Origin: Rhodoplanes sp. Z2-YC6860
Lineage (GTDB): Bacteria > Pseudomonadota > Alphaproteobacteria > Rhizobiales > Xanthobacteraceae
Direction of reading: 5' to 3'
Assembly: GCF_001579845.1 (NCBI RefSeq)
Contig: NZ_CP007440.1
Coordinates: forward strand, 2,810,029-2,874,028
Length of the DNA: 64,000 nt
Notes under the pieces: generated by a model
The model's database searches: none
The model's input: only the letters and a program-made list of their open reading frames with translations
Told to the model about the DNA's origin: nothing
In this document: piece after piece, positions 49,104-58,550 of the stretch
How positions within the stretch are numbered: position 1 is the first letter of the stretch
Layout of the letters: every line of letters starts with the position of its first letter
Made by a program: the position numbers and the translations under genes

Positions 49104-49475
49104 TTCATGCCCCAGGCAGGAGGTTTAAAATATCTGCACGAACAGTACGGGCGGCGGGCCGTTTCCAGCAAGCCGAATGCCTTGAAACTTACGGGATAAC
49201 GCCATTTCACAGCCGGAATTCGTGACCATGTCGCTTTCCGGCAACAACGATATCAACGGCTCGTTAAGTCGTTATTTTCACAAGAGGTTTTTAAGAAAGA
49301 CTTAACCACGAAATCGCCGGTCCGGTCTGCGCAATACGTCATATGATGCACGGGCGACAAAACGGCGGTGCAATAGTACTGCCAGGGGCGTCCGGCGTGG
49401 GCTCGGCCGGCGAAGCCCGACTCGGCTCGCGGCCTGTGTATCCGGGTACTATATTGTGGGTGGTCTGGAGTCCGC

Positions 49476-49730
49476 GTGATGATGAGTTACAGCCGCCCGC
49501 GCGATATCGCCCGAAAACTCGCCAGCGAACGCACCCGCCGCGGCGTCAGCCGCAGCGACAGCTACCGTCGCGAAACTTTTTCGCTGCCGAGGGAAGCCGC
49601 CCGCGCCAAGGCCCGCGAGATGTTCAGCCGTTATCCCAAGGCCGCCTACATGACCGCGATCGAAAGCTGGCGCGAACTGCCCGGCGGCGCGATCGAGTTC
49701 ACCATGCGGCGGCTGCCGACCGCGGATTAG
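49476..49730 (+). CDS. Small basic hypothetical protein
   Basis: 84 aa. GGAG 8 nt upstream. Not recognisable. Confidence 0.3.
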   Translation: MMMSYSRPRDIARKLASERTRRGVSRSDSYRRETFSLPREAARAKAREMFSRYPKAAYMTAIESWRELPGGAIEFTMRRLPTAD

Positions 49731-49751
49731 CCAACCTGCGGATTGGCCCCC

Positions 49752-49802
49752 GGGTGGTGCGCTCCCTCCCCCTGAAAGGGGGAGGGTCGGGGTGGGGGTC
49801 AA
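49752..49802. repeat. REP copy (left inverted repeat of the DUF559 cassette)
   Basis: ggtggtgcgctccctccccctgaaagggggagggtcggggtgggggtca. The reverse complement of 50228-50316 matches it at about 90%. Confidence 0.6.
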
Positions 49803-50203
49803 AGCCGCTCGTCGTTCCAGCGCGGGCGAGATCGCTCCGGAGCCAACTTTAATTCGTCGATCTTCGCAGCGATGGCTTCTAAGACGCCATTCAGATTTTC
49901 AGTGACTTCGGAATTCCAAAAGCGAAGAATCGTAACGCCCTTCTGTCTCAGCCACTCATCGCGCTCGCGGTCGCCCGATGCGGGCTCAGCGTGCTGACCT
50001 CCGTCAAGCTCAACAGCGAGCGCCAGCGCAGGACAGTAAAAATCGAGGATGTAACGACCCGCCGGATGTTGCCTGCGAAAGCGAGCGTCGCAAACCTGGC
50101 CGGTCTTCAACCGATGCCACAGCCGCCTTTCGACCTCGGTTTCATCGCGCCTCAATTTTCGGGCGAGTTCTGTTTTTCCCGGCGTGCGGTTGAAGCGGGA
50201 CAT
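49799..50203 (-). CDS. DUF559 (Vsr-like endonuclease fold) domain protein
   Basis: 135 aa from MSRFNRTPG. ELDGGQH...LRFWN region typical of DUF559. 3' end overlaps the REP copy. Confidence 0.7.
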   Translation of the reverse strand: MSRFNRTPGKTELARKLRRDETEVERRLWHRLKTGQVCDARFRRQHPAGRYILDFYCPALALAVELDGGQHAEPASGDRERDEWLRQKGVTILRFWNSEVTENLNGVLEAIAAKIDELKLAPERSRPRWNDERL

Positions 50204-50227
50204 GTGATGACCCTTGCTCGACCTCAT

Positions 50228-50316
50228 CCTGACAGGGGAAAACGGCGAGACTGACCCCCACCCCGACCCTCCCCCTTGCAGGGGGAGGGAGCGCACCGCC
50301 TGAGTGCACCATATGC
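50228..50316. repeat. REP copy (right inverted repeat of the DUF559 cassette)
   Basis: cctgacaggggaaaacggcgagactgacccccaccccgaccctcccccttgcagggggagggagcgcaccgcc. Confidence 0.6.
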
Positions 50317-50369
50317 GATTGCACCGCCGATGCGGTGACGAACGAGCGCGCAAACGCAAACAAGGCAAA

Positions 50370-50410
50370 CAAAAAAGCCCCGGATGCGATCCGGGGCTTT
50401 TGTCGTTTTT
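50370..50410 (-). terminator. Rho-independent terminator of the OMP gene
   Basis: agccccggatgcgatccggggct hairpin with an oligo-T run on the minus strand. Confidence 0.7.
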
Positions 50411-50428
50411 GGTTTTGAAGCGTTCGGC

Positions 50429-51163
50429 TTAGCGCCACGGACCGATCGGGTTGCCGCCGAAGCGATAGTTGACGCCGAACAGCGCGAGATGCGCGGTCTG
50501 ATCGACATCGACGCCCGTGACGGCGACGCCGCCGGGCGAGATGAACGTCTGCGACTTGCTGCCGAAGTCCATGTAGTTGTACTCGACCTTGGCCGACCAG
50601 TTCGGAGCAAACGCGTACTCCCAGCCGGCGCCGACGGTCCAGCCGCTGCGGGTGTAGTCGCCGGTGCTGAACGCCACGCCAGGCGCTGTGATCGTGTTCG
50701 ACTGATCGATCCACGCGCCGCCGCCCTTCACGTAGAGCAGGTTGCGGTCGAAGATCGCGTAGCCGATGCGGCCGGTGACGTTCGCCAGCCAGTTGGTGTC
50801 GGTGTGCAGGTTGGCGCCCGCGATAGAATTGGCATCACCGCTGGCGTCCGCCCAGTTGAACATGCCTTCCACGCCGAACACCCACGGTCCGGTCTGGTAG
50901 TTACAGCCGAGTTGGCCGCCTGCCGTCACGCCGGACGAGGTGTTGCTGCCGGTCGCGGCGGCGCCGGTCGGATCGGTCCAGTCGCCCTTGAGCCAGAGAC
51001 CGCCGACGTTGCCGCCGACGTAACAGCCGGTCCACGAGAAGGCCATCGGCGCGGGGGGCGCCTTGTAGACCGGGCCGCGAGCCGGCAGATCGGCCGCGAC
51101 GGCGGATTGCACCGCGCCGAAACCGAGAGACGCCAGCAGCACTGCGGCAAACTTCAAACGCAT
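50429..51163 (-). CDS. Outer-membrane beta-barrel protein (Omp25/Omp31-like)
   Basis: 244 aa. Signal peptide and the C-terminal aromatic signature ...FGVNYRFGGNPIGPWR. Confidence 0.8.
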   Translation of the reverse strand: MRLKFAAVLLASLGFGAVQSAVAADLPARGPVYKAPPAPMAFSWTGCYVGGNVGGLWLKGDWTDPTGAAATGSNTSSGVTAGGQLGCNYQTGPWVFGVEGMFNWADASGDANSIAGANLHTDTNWLANVTGRIGYAIFDRNLLYVKGGGAWIDQSNTITAPGVAFSTGDYTRSGWTVGAGWEYAFAPNWSAKVEYNYMDFGSKSQTFISPGGVAVTGVDVDQTAHLALFGVNYRFGGNPIGPWR

Positions 51164-51352
51164 CGTGTTCGCTCCGTGTTTTTGTTATCGACAAACGCCA
51201 ACAAACTCCGGCGACTACACGCATGCGCGCCCTGCAGTGTCCATTTACAATGCTGCGAGTGCGCAACGACGCAGCAATGGTGTTGCGCAGGAGCTACGAA
51301 AAGTTCCATGTGCTGTTGAAATGAAGCGATTCCGCCATCGGGCGGATTCAAT

Positions 51353-52141
51353 TTGGACACAAAGGGCTCACGCCTGATTACCGCCTTCGTCGATGTCTCG
51401 ATCTATCAGCTGCTGCTGGTGGCCGCTGTCGCGCTGATCGCGTCGGTGCTCGGCGGAGTCGCGGGCTACGGCACCGGCGCGCTGATGCCGCTCGTTCTCG
51501 TGCCGATGGTCGGCGCCGAGAATGTCGTTCCGATCATCGCGCTCGCCGGCCTGATGACCAACACCGGCCGCATGATGGCGTATCTGCGCGACGTCGAATG
51601 GCGGCGCGCGGCGATCGTGCTCACCGGCGGGGTGCCGCCATGCCTCGTCACCGCTTATGGCTACACGCTGCTCACCGGCATCGGCGCGCAGATCGTCATC
51701 GGCACCATGCTGATGCTGACGGTGCCGCTGCGCTACGCGCTCCGGCGGCGCTCGATCGTGCTGAGCGACCGCGGACTTTTGTTCGGCTCGATCGGTTACG
51801 GGGCCGCGGTCGGCGGCACGGTGGGGGCGGGCGTCATCCTGCTGTCGCTGCTGATGGCCGCGGGGCTCTCCGGCGCGGCCGTGATCGCAACCGACGCGAT
51901 GCTGTCGATCATCATCACCGCTGCGCGGGCGTTGGTGTTCGGGCTGGCCGGCGCGATTGACGGCAAGGTGATCGCGTTCGCGTTGCTGATCGGCGTCGTC
52001 GCGTTTCCCGGGGCGTTCTTCGCCAGGGCGTTTGTGAAGAGGATGCCGGTGCATGTGCACACCGCGATCCTCGACGCCGTGGTGCTGTTCGGCGGCGCGG
52101 CGATGGTGATCGGCGCTGCGATCAAGTGGTTGGGCCACTGA
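51353..52141 (+). CDS. TauE/SafE (DUF81) sulfite-exporter family membrane protein
   Basis: 262 aa. Two internally repeated four-TM halves with Gly-rich helices. TTG start at 51353 (start uncertain). Confidence 0.75.
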   Translation: MDTKGSRLITAFVDVSIYQLLLVAAVALIASVLGGVAGYGTGALMPLVLVPMVGAENVVPIIALAGLMTNTGRMMAYLRDVEWRRAAIVLTGGVPPCLVTAYGYTLLTGIGAQIVIGTMLMLTVPLRYALRRRSIVLSDRGLLFGSIGYGAAVGGTVGAGVILLSLLMAAGLSGAAVIATDAMLSIIITAARALVFGLAGAIDGKVIAFALLIGVVAFPGAFFARAFVKRMPVHVHTAILDAVVLFGGAAMVIGAAIKWLGH

Positions 52142-52199
52142 CGCGCTTGCCGGCCGCATTTTCGCTTGGCATTTCCGCAAATCACGAGTAGACGCGATT

Positions 52200-52620
52200 C
52201 TATCCTGCTCACTGAGGGCGTCTTCTAGGGACGCTTAGCGGACGGAGCAGGGTGTGGCGCCTGCAGGCGTGGTTCGTAGCCACGTCCCAGGGTGCGATGC
52301 CATCGTCCGTCCCCGATGAGGGGGCCGCCTTCAGTGGCAGGGCGCGATCGGGTGAAGGGCCAAGGCAACGCGGCCTTAGGGAAGGGTACGTCCCGCACCG
52401 TCCGATCGAATCTCGTGCGAGGGTATCGCGATAAATCGCCACAAGTGGAGCGCCGGAAGGCGTGCGGGCTTCGCAAGAAGCTCGCGGCACCCTCGCAAGG
52501 GGTGTCGACTGAGACGTAGCGCCAACCGGCGCTCCGCGCCCTCACTCATGTGAGGGACAAGGAAGAATAGAGGCGCCAGCCCCGCGCCTGATCTGAAGGG
52601 GCCGATGAATCACGCCTGAA
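52200..52620. other. Hairpin-dense intergenic segment, candidate structured RNA of unknown class
   Basis: Helices: GCGTC/GACGC (52218-34), GGACGGA/UCCGUCC (52240-46 with 52306-12), T-arm-like cgtgg-ttcgtag-ccacg (52268-84), GNRA hairpin gcttc-gcaa-gaagc (52468-81), long-range CGAGGGT/ACCCTCG (52418-24 with 52489-95), CCCTCAC/GTGAGGG (52539-56). No match to RNase P, tmRNA, SRP, 6S or a cobalamin riboswitch. Confidence 0.2.
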
Positions 52621-52689
52621 TGAATGTTGATGAGACGACGCCGAAGCGCGGGCTGTTTGAAAATTGAATCTGAAGATGACCCGCTGATC

Positions 52690-52800
52690 GTGCAATGCGG
52701 CCACCCTCCCCTGGAGGGGGAGGGTCGGCTTGTTTCTCGCTGCGCTCGCAGCGTGTCGACCCTCCCCCTCCAGGGGAGGGTGACGGAGTTCGCGGCTCCG
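52690..52800. repeat. REP-like inverted repeat pair
   Basis: ccaccctcccctggagggggagggtcggc ... gtcgaccctccccctccaggggagggtgacgg. Confidence 0.55.
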
Positions 52801-52836
52801 TCGATCCAATGCCAGCGAAACGTGCTGTCGTTTTTC

Positions 52837-53772
52837 TTACGGCCACTTCACCACGGGCGGCATCGACGACAGGATCGAATCGACATTGCCGCCCGTGCGG
52901 AGGCCAAAGATTGTCCCGCGGTCGTAGAGCAGGTTGAACTCGACATAGCGGCCGCGGCGCACGAGCTGCTCCTCGCGCTCGGCCTCGCCCCAGGGCTTAG
53001 CGAAATTCGCCCGCACCAGCTCCGGATAGACGGCGTGAAAGGCGCGGCCGACGTCCTGCGTGAAGGCGAAGGCCTTGTCCCAGTCGGCTTCGACATAGTC
53101 GTAGAAGATGCCGCCGATGCCGCGCATCTCCTTGCGGTGCTTGAGATAGAAATAGTCGTCGCACCATTTCTTGTACTTGTCATAGGGCGCGACTTCGGGA
53201 TGCGCGTCGCAGGCGCGCTTCATCGCGGCGTGAAACTTCACCGTATCGGCATCGTCCTGGGTGCGGCGGGCATCGAGCACCGGCGTGAGATCGGCGCCGC
53301 CGCCGAACCAGGCTTTGGTGGTCACCACGAAACGCGTGTTCATATGCACGGCCGGTACGTGCGGATTGTGCAGGTGGGCGATCAGCGAGATGCCGGAGGC
53401 CCAGAACCGCGGATCGGCGTCGGCGCCGGGGATGTCCTTCCTGAACTCCGGCGCGAACTCGCCGTGCACGGTCGAGCAGTGGACGCCGACCTTCTCGAAC
53501 ACCCGGCCGCTCATCATGGACATCACGCCGCCACCGCCATGGCCGCCGCTGTGATCCGTCCGTTGCCAGGGGGTGCGCTTGAAGCGGCCCGCGGCACGGT
53601 CCCCGAGCGTCGAATGGGGAGGCAGCGCATCCTCCAGCGCCTCGAAGGCCGTGCAGATGTCATCGCGCAGCCGCTCGAACCAGGCGCGGGCGCGGGCCTT
53701 GCGGTTTTCCAGTGCGGCCGGGTCGGGGAGGGGGTAGGACATGGGCGTTATCTTGGGATTGATACTATTCAT
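52837..53772 (-). CDS. hemF: Oxygen-dependent coproporphyrinogen III oxidase
   Basis: Co-linear with E. coli HemF ([34 protein letters not shown]). 311 aa. Alternative start at 53742. Confidence 0.9.
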   Translation of the reverse strand: MNSINPKITPMSYPLPDPAALENRKARARAWFERLRDDICTAFEALEDALPPHSTLGDRAAGRFKRTPWQRTDHSGGHGGGGVMSMMSGRVFEKVGVHCSTVHGEFAPEFRKDIPGADADPRFWASGISLIAHLHNPHVPAVHMNTRFVVTTKAWFGGGADLTPVLDARRTQDDADTVKFHAAMKRACDAHPEVAPYDKYKKWCDDYFYLKHRKEMRGIGGIFYDYVEADWDKAFAFTQDVGRAFHAVYPELVRANFAKPWGEAEREEQLVRRGRYVEFNLLYDRGTIFGLRTGGNVDSILSSMPPVVKWP

Positions 53773-54226
53773 GCTTGAAGCCGTCCGTCTGCCTGAGCGC
53801 CTCGCCCAGTGCCATGGCCGCGGTCATCGCCACATTGATCGAGCGCAAATTCGGCCGCATCGGGACTTTCAGCCGGAGATCGGCGGCCTGGTGGACGGCC
53901 TCGGGCGCGCCGGCGGATTCGCGGCCGAACATCAGGATATCGCCGGCCTGGAAGGCGCAGTCGAGGTAGGAGGTCCCGGCCGCGGTCGTGAACAGAAGCA
54001 GCCGCAGGCCTTCCGACTGCCGCCATGCGTTGAATGCCGCCCAGGACTGGTGCCGGCGCAACGACACCTGATCGAGATAGTCCATGCCGGCCCGGCGGAA
54101 GGCGCGGTCCGAGCTCGGGAACCCGGTCGGTTCGACGATATGGGCCTCGACGCCGAGACAGGCGGCAAGCCGGAGAATCGTCCCGGTGTTCTGGGGGATG
54201 TCAGGCTCGTAAAGCGCGATCCGCAT
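53765..54226 (-). CDS. trmL: tRNA (cytidine/uridine-2'-O)-methyltransferase, SpoU/TrmL family
   Basis: 153 aa SPOUT fold. [13 protein letters not shown] motif. 8-nt overlap with the hemF start. Confidence 0.8.
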   Translation of the reverse strand: MRIALYEPDIPQNTGTILRLAACLGVEAHIVEPTGFPSSDRAFRRAGMDYLDQVSLRRHQSWAAFNAWRQSEGLRLLLFTTAAGTSYLDCAFQAGDILMFGRESAGAPEAVHQAADLRLKVPMRPNLRSINVAMTAAMALGEALRQTDGFKHE

Positions 54227-54493
54227 GGCCGGTGTTTCGGCCCGCCGCGGACGGCCGTCAATGGCACAAAAGCCCCATGGATAAAGGATTTGTGCGTCTG
54301 TTGTGCGTCTCGGGTCGGTTCGGGCGCTGGCGGGCTTGCGCTCTCTTTACAAGGGTGCCAATAAACGCCGCCGGATAGCCGTTTTTCGTCCTCCCCCAGG
54401 ACCTGAAGCGGCCGGCCCAACCGCCACCGCGATGGTCACGTCTGCGGTACTCCGCGCGGAAGGGCTGACCGGCCAAAGAGGGATACGAACACC

Positions 54494-55018
54494 GTGACAG
54501 CAATTTCGGCCGAGCCGACTCGACGCGATTTCCTGTACATCGCAACCGGAGCTGTGGGTGCCGTCGGCGCCGCCGCCGTTGTGGTGCCGATGATCTCCCA
54601 GATGAATCCCGATCAGGCGACGATCGCGGCCGGCGCGCCGGTCGAGGTCGATATCAGCCCGATCACCGAGGGGCAGGTGATCAAGGTGTTCTGGCGCGGC
54701 AAGCCGATCTTCATCAATCACCGCACCAAAAAAGAGATCGAGGAGGCCCAGAGCGTCAATCTGGCGAGCCTGCCCGATCCGCAGCCCGACAGCGCCCGCG
54801 TCAAGCCCGGCAAGGCGCAGTGGCAGGTGCTGATCGGCATCTGCACGCATCTCGGCTGCATCCCGCTCGCCCACCAGGGCGACTTTGACGGTTACTTCTG
54901 CCCGTGCCACGGCTCGCAGTACGACAGCTCGGGCCGCATTCGCCGCGGTCCCGCGCCGTTGAACCTCGCGGTGCCGCCCTACGAATTCCTCTCCGACACC
55001 AAGATCCGGATCGGCTGA
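54494..55018 (+). CDS. petA: Ubiquinol-cytochrome c reductase Rieske iron-sulfur subunit
   Basis: CTHLGC...CPCHGS Rieske boxes. Tat-like N-terminus RRDFLY. GTG start. AGAGGGA RBS. Confidence 0.9.
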   Translation: MTAISAEPTRRDFLYIATGAVGAVGAAAVVVPMISQMNPDQATIAAGAPVEVDISPITEGQVIKVFWRGKPIFINHRTKKEIEEAQSVNLASLPDPQPDSARVKPGKAQWQVLIGICTHLGCIPLAHQGDFDGYFCPCHGSQYDSSGRIRRGPAPLNLAVPPYEFLSDTKIRIG

Positions 55019-55056
55019 TCCGCCGCCGCATAACGACACCTCTTTAAGGCCTTCCC

Positions 55057-56286
55057 ATGAGCGGACCCTCGACCTACCAGCCGCAAAACGCGTTCTTGAA
55101 GTGGCTGGAACGCCGCCTGCCGATCGTCGGCTTGGTGCATTCCTCGTTCGTCGCCTACCCGACGCCGCGCAACCTGAACTACTGGTGGACGTTCGGCGGC
55201 ATCCTGACCTTCATGCTGGCCGCGCAGATCGTCACCGGCATCGTGCTGGTGATGCACTACACGCCGCATGCCGACATGGCCTTCAATTCCGTCGAGCACA
55301 TCATGCGCGACGTGAACTACGGCTGGCTCATTCGCTACCTGCACTCCAACGGCGCCTCGATGTTCTTCGTCGCCGTCTACATCCACATGTTCCGCGGTCT
55401 CTATTACGGGTCATACAAGGAGCCGCGCGAGGTTCTCTGGATCCTCGGCGTGATTCTCTATCTGCTCATGATGGCCACGGGCTTCCTGGGCTACACGCTG
55501 CCGTGGGGCCAGATGAGCTTCTGGGGCGCCACCGTCATCACCAACTTCTTCTCCGCCATCCCGGTCGTCGGCGAGAGCATCGTGACCTGGCTGTGGGGCG
55601 GCTATTCGGTCGGCAATCCGACGCTGCAGCGCTTCTTCTCGCTGCACTATCTCCTGCCGTTCGTGATCGCCGGCGTCGTCGTGCTGCACGTCTGGGCGTT
55701 GCACGTGGTCGGCCAGAACAACCCGACCGGCGTCGAGCCCAAGACTGAGAAGGACACCGTCCCCTTCACGCCCTACGCCACCGTGAAGGACAGCTTCGGG
55801 ATGGTGTGCTTCTGCATCGTCTTCGCTTGGTTCGTGTTCTACGTGCCGAACTATCTCGGCCACGCCGACAACTACATCCCGGCCAACCCGGCGGTGACGC
55901 CGCAGCACATCGTGCCTGAATGGTACTACCTGCCGTTCTACGCGATCCTGCGCGCCATCCCGAACAAGCTCCTGGGTGTGATCGCGCTGTTCGGCTCGAT
56001 CGGCATCCTGGCCTTCCTGCCGTGGCTCGACACCTCGCGGGTCCGCTCGGCGCGCTATCGGCCGCTGTACCGGCAGTTCTTCTGGATCTTCGTTGCGGTC
56101 TGCCTCGGTCTCGGCTGGCTCGGCAGCAAGCCTCCGGAAGGCGGCTATACGATCGCCGCGCGGCTGCTGACGCTGTACTACTTCGGCCACTTCTTCATCG
56201 TCCTGCCGCTCCTCGGGTTCATCGAGAAAACCAAGCCATTGCCGAACTCGATTTCCGAATCGATTGCGGCCAAGGCTGCGCACTGA
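55057..56286 (+). CDS. petB: Cytochrome b subunit of the bc1 complex
   Basis: 409 aa. Eight TM helices with conserved haem-ligand histidines and the PEWY motif. Confidence 0.9.
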   Translation: MSGPSTYQPQNAFLKWLERRLPIVGLVHSSFVAYPTPRNLNYWWTFGGILTFMLAAQIVTGIVLVMHYTPHADMAFNSVEHIMRDVNYGWLIRYLHSNGASMFFVAVYIHMFRGLYYGSYKEPREVLWILGVILYLLMMATGFLGYTLPWGQMSFWGATVITNFFSAIPVVGESIVTWLWGGYSVGNPTLQRFFSLHYLLPFVIAGVVVLHVWALHVVGQNNPTGVEPKTEKDTVPFTPYATVKDSFGMVCFCIVFAWFVFYVPNYLGHADNYIPANPAVTPQHIVPEWYYLPFYAILRAIPNKLLGVIALFGSIGILAFLPWLDTSRVRSARYRPLYRQFFWIFVAVCLGLGWLGSKPPEGGYTIAARLLTLYYFGHFFIVLPLLGFIEKTKPLPNSISESIAAKAAH

Positions 56287-56302
56287 GGGCGGGGAGAACA
56301 CC

Positions 56303-57127
56303 ATGTCGCGAACCATCCTCGCTCTCGCTCTGGCCGGCTCTCTGCTCGGCCTGAGCGCTGTCACCGCCACCGCCCAGGAGCACGAAGGCCCGGTGCCGCC
56401 GCGCCAGAAGTGGTCGTTCGCCGGCCCGTTCGGCAAATGGGACAAGGCGCAGCTGCAGCGCGGCTTCAAGGTCTATCGTGAGGTCTGCAGCGTCTGCCAC
56501 GGCCTCAAGTACATCGCATTCCGCAACCTCGAAGAGATCGGCTTCTCCGAAGGCCAGGTCAAAACCATCGCGTCCGAGTACAAGGTGCAGGACGGCCCGA
56601 ACGATCAGGGCGAGATGTTCGAGCGCGACGGCCGGCCGGGCGATTATTTCCCGCCGCCGTGGCCGAACGAGAATGCCGCTCGCGCCCGTTACAACGGCGT
56701 GCCGCCGGACTTCTCGGTGCTCGCCAAGGCGCGCAGCTACGAGCGCGGCTTCCCGTGGTTCATCCTCGACATCTTCACCCAGTTCCAGGAACAGGGCGTC
56801 GACTACATCCACGCGCTGATGACCGGCTACAAGGACAAGGCGCCGGAAGGCGTTACGCTGCCACCGGGCGCGTTCTACAACGAGTACTTCCCGGGCCATG
56901 CGCTGGCGATGCCTCCGCCGCTCTCCGACAAGCGCGTCGACTACACCGACGGCTCGCCGACCACGGTCGATCAGTACGGCAAGGACGTCGCGGCCTTCAT
57001 GATGTGGGCAGCGGAGCCGAACCTCGAGACCCGCAAGCGCGTGGGCTTCCAGGTCATGATCTTCCTGATCGTGTTCGCCGGTCTGCTCTATTTCACCAAA
57101 AAGAAGGTGTGGGCGAACGCTCATTAG
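56303..57127 (+). CDS. petC: Cytochrome c1
   Basis: CSVCHG haem-binding motif. Signal peptide. C-terminal TM anchor. 274 aa from MSRTIL. Separate gene, not fused to cytochrome b. Confidence 0.85.
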   Translation: MSRTILALALAGSLLGLSAVTATAQEHEGPVPPRQKWSFAGPFGKWDKAQLQRGFKVYREVCSVCHGLKYIAFRNLEEIGFSEGQVKTIASEYKVQDGPNDQGEMFERDGRPGDYFPPPWPNENAARARYNGVPPDFSVLAKARSYERGFPWFILDIFTQFQEQGVDYIHALMTGYKDKAPEGVTLPPGAFYNEYFPGHALAMPPPLSDKRVDYTDGSPTTVDQYGKDVAAFMMWAAEPNLETRKRVGFQVMIFLIVFAGLLYFTKKKVWANAH

Positions 57128-57152
57128 CCTGTCGCTGGTTGTGACTTGACGA

Positions 57153-57194
57153 AAGGCCCCGGTGCTTCGAAAGCTCCGGGGCCTTTTGATTTTG
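57153..57194 (+). terminator. Rho-independent terminator after petC
   Basis: aaggccccgg-tgcttcgaaagct-ccggggcctt followed by ttgattttg. Confidence 0.7.
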
Positions 57195-57210
57195 CGTGCG
57201 AGGGTAGCGA

Positions 57211-58086
57211 ATGGCCAAGGCGGTGTTGGGCATCATCGGCGGCTCGGGCATCTACGAGTTGCCGGGCCTGCAGAATGTGCGCGAGGAGCGCGTCGCCTCG
57301 CCCTGGGGCGAGCCATCCGGTGCGGTCCGCATCGGCGATATCGCCGGCCTGCCGGTCGCGTTCCTGCCGCGCCACGACAAGGGCCACCGGCTGTCGCCAT
57401 CCGACATCAACTATCGCGCCAACATCGACGTGCTGAAACGCGTTGGCGTCACCGATCTGGTGTCGCTGTCGGCTTGCGGCTCGTTCAAGGAAGAGCTGCC
57501 GCCCGGCACCTTCGTGCTGATCGACCAGTTCGTCGACCGCACCCACAAGCGCGAGAGTTCGTTCTTCGGCAAGGGCCTGGTCGCGCATGTGTCGATGGCG
57601 CATCCGGTGTCGCCGAGACTGCGCATCCATCTCGCCAGCGCGGCGATGGCCGAGGGCATCACCGTCGTGCGCGACGGCACTTACGTGTGCATGGAGGGCC
57701 CGCAGTTCTCCACGCTCGCCGAAAGCCTCACCTACAAGCAGCTCGGCTATTCGGTGATCGGCATGACCAACATGCCGGAGGCGAAGCTCGCCCGCGAGGC
57801 CGAGATTTGTTACGCGACGGTCGCGATGGTCACCGATTTCGACTGCTGGCATCCCGACCACGATGCCGTGACGGTCGCCGACATCATCAAGGTGCTGAGC
57901 GCCAATGCCGAGAAGGCCAAGCGGCTGGTGGCGCGGCTTGCGAAGGATTTTCCGCGCGAGCACGAAGCCTGCCCGGTCGGCTCCGATCGCGCACTCGACA
58001 ACGCCCTGATCACCGCGCCGGAGGCGCGCGATCCGGAGCTGATCAAGAAGCTCGATGCGGTGGCGGGACGAGTCTTGAAGAGCTAG
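57211..58086 (+). CDS. mtnP: S-methyl-5'-thioadenosine phosphorylase
   Basis: GIIGGSGIYEL start and PNP/MTAP-family fold. 291 aa. Confidence 0.85.
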   Translation: MAKAVLGIIGGSGIYELPGLQNVREERVASPWGEPSGAVRIGDIAGLPVAFLPRHDKGHRLSPSDINYRANIDVLKRVGVTDLVSLSACGSFKEELPPGTFVLIDQFVDRTHKRESSFFGKGLVAHVSMAHPVSPRLRIHLASAAMAEGITVVRDGTYVCMEGPQFSTLAESLTYKQLGYSVIGMTNMPEAKLAREAEICYATVAMVTDFDCWHPDHDAVTVADIIKVLSANAEKAKRLVARLAKDFPREHEACPVGSDRALDNALITAPEARDPELIKKLDAVAGRVLKS

Positions 58087-58118
58087 GCATTCGCAATCCT
58101 GAAACGCGGGAGGACACA

Positions 58119-58502
58119 ATGAAGGTGATCGACCTCAACCGGGAGCCGCGCGAGGAGTGGCGGCAGGGCGTGCTGACAAAGATGCTGACCTCCGCCGCCA
58201 ATGGGGGTGGCCAGCTCTGCATCTTCGAGCAGTGGTGCGAGCCGGGACACGGCGCACCGACGCATCTGCATGCGGTCGAGGAGGTTCTGCACGTGCTCGA
58301 TGGCCAGGCCGAGGTTTGGATCGGCGACGCGCGCGCGACGCTGACCAAGGGCCAATTGGCGGTCGTGCCGGCCGGCCGCAAGCACGGGTTTTCGAACACC
58401 GGCACCTCCGTGCTGCACATTTCATCGACGCTGGCGTCGCCGGTGTTCGAAGCCGCTTACGACGACAAGCGCGAGACGCCGCGCCGCTACTTGCCGGGCT
58501 GA
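58119..58502 (+). CDS. Cupin-domain protein
   Basis: 127 aa. GGGAGGA RBS. Cupin motif HLHAVEEVLHVLDGQAEVWIG. The long track ORF 57162..58502 is an artefact; only its 3' part is coding. Confidence 0.6.
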   Translation: MKVIDLNREPREEWRQGVLTKMLTSAANGGGQLCIFEQWCEPGHGAPTHLHAVEEVLHVLDGQAEVWIGDARATLTKGQLAVVPAGRKHGFSNTGTSVLHISSTLASPVFEAAYDDKRETPRRYLPG

Positions 58503-58550
58503 CGGGCCGGGTGTTGGCGGGTTAGTCTCGCCTTAGGTCGTATTGGGGGA

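Noticed and set aside
52200-52620. RNase P RNA, tmRNA (two-piece alphaproteobacterial ssrA), cobalamin riboswitch or a tRNA in the hairpin-dense intergenic region
   Set aside because: RNase P: no GGAAAGUCCGGGCUCC / ACAGAACCCGGCUUA P4 strands. tmRNA: no ANDN-type tag reading frame and no CCA after the T-arm-like stem. Cobalamin riboswitch: GCCACTG occurs on the minus strand, but the GGGAAGG-like and other consensus parts lie on the opposite strand. tRNA: the T-arm-like stem has loop TTCGTAG, lacking the invariant A58, and the putative cloverleaf is about 5 nt too short with a mismatched acceptor.
55057-57127. Fused fbcH-type cytochrome b/c1 gene
   Set aside because: There is a clear stop after cytochrome b, and a separate RBS and start for cytochrome c1.
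57162-58502. 446-aa ORF spanning the mtnP region in another frame
   Set aside because: Only the last 127 codons (58119..58502) have an RBS and a cupin motif. The upstream part is an out-of-frame shadow of mtnP.
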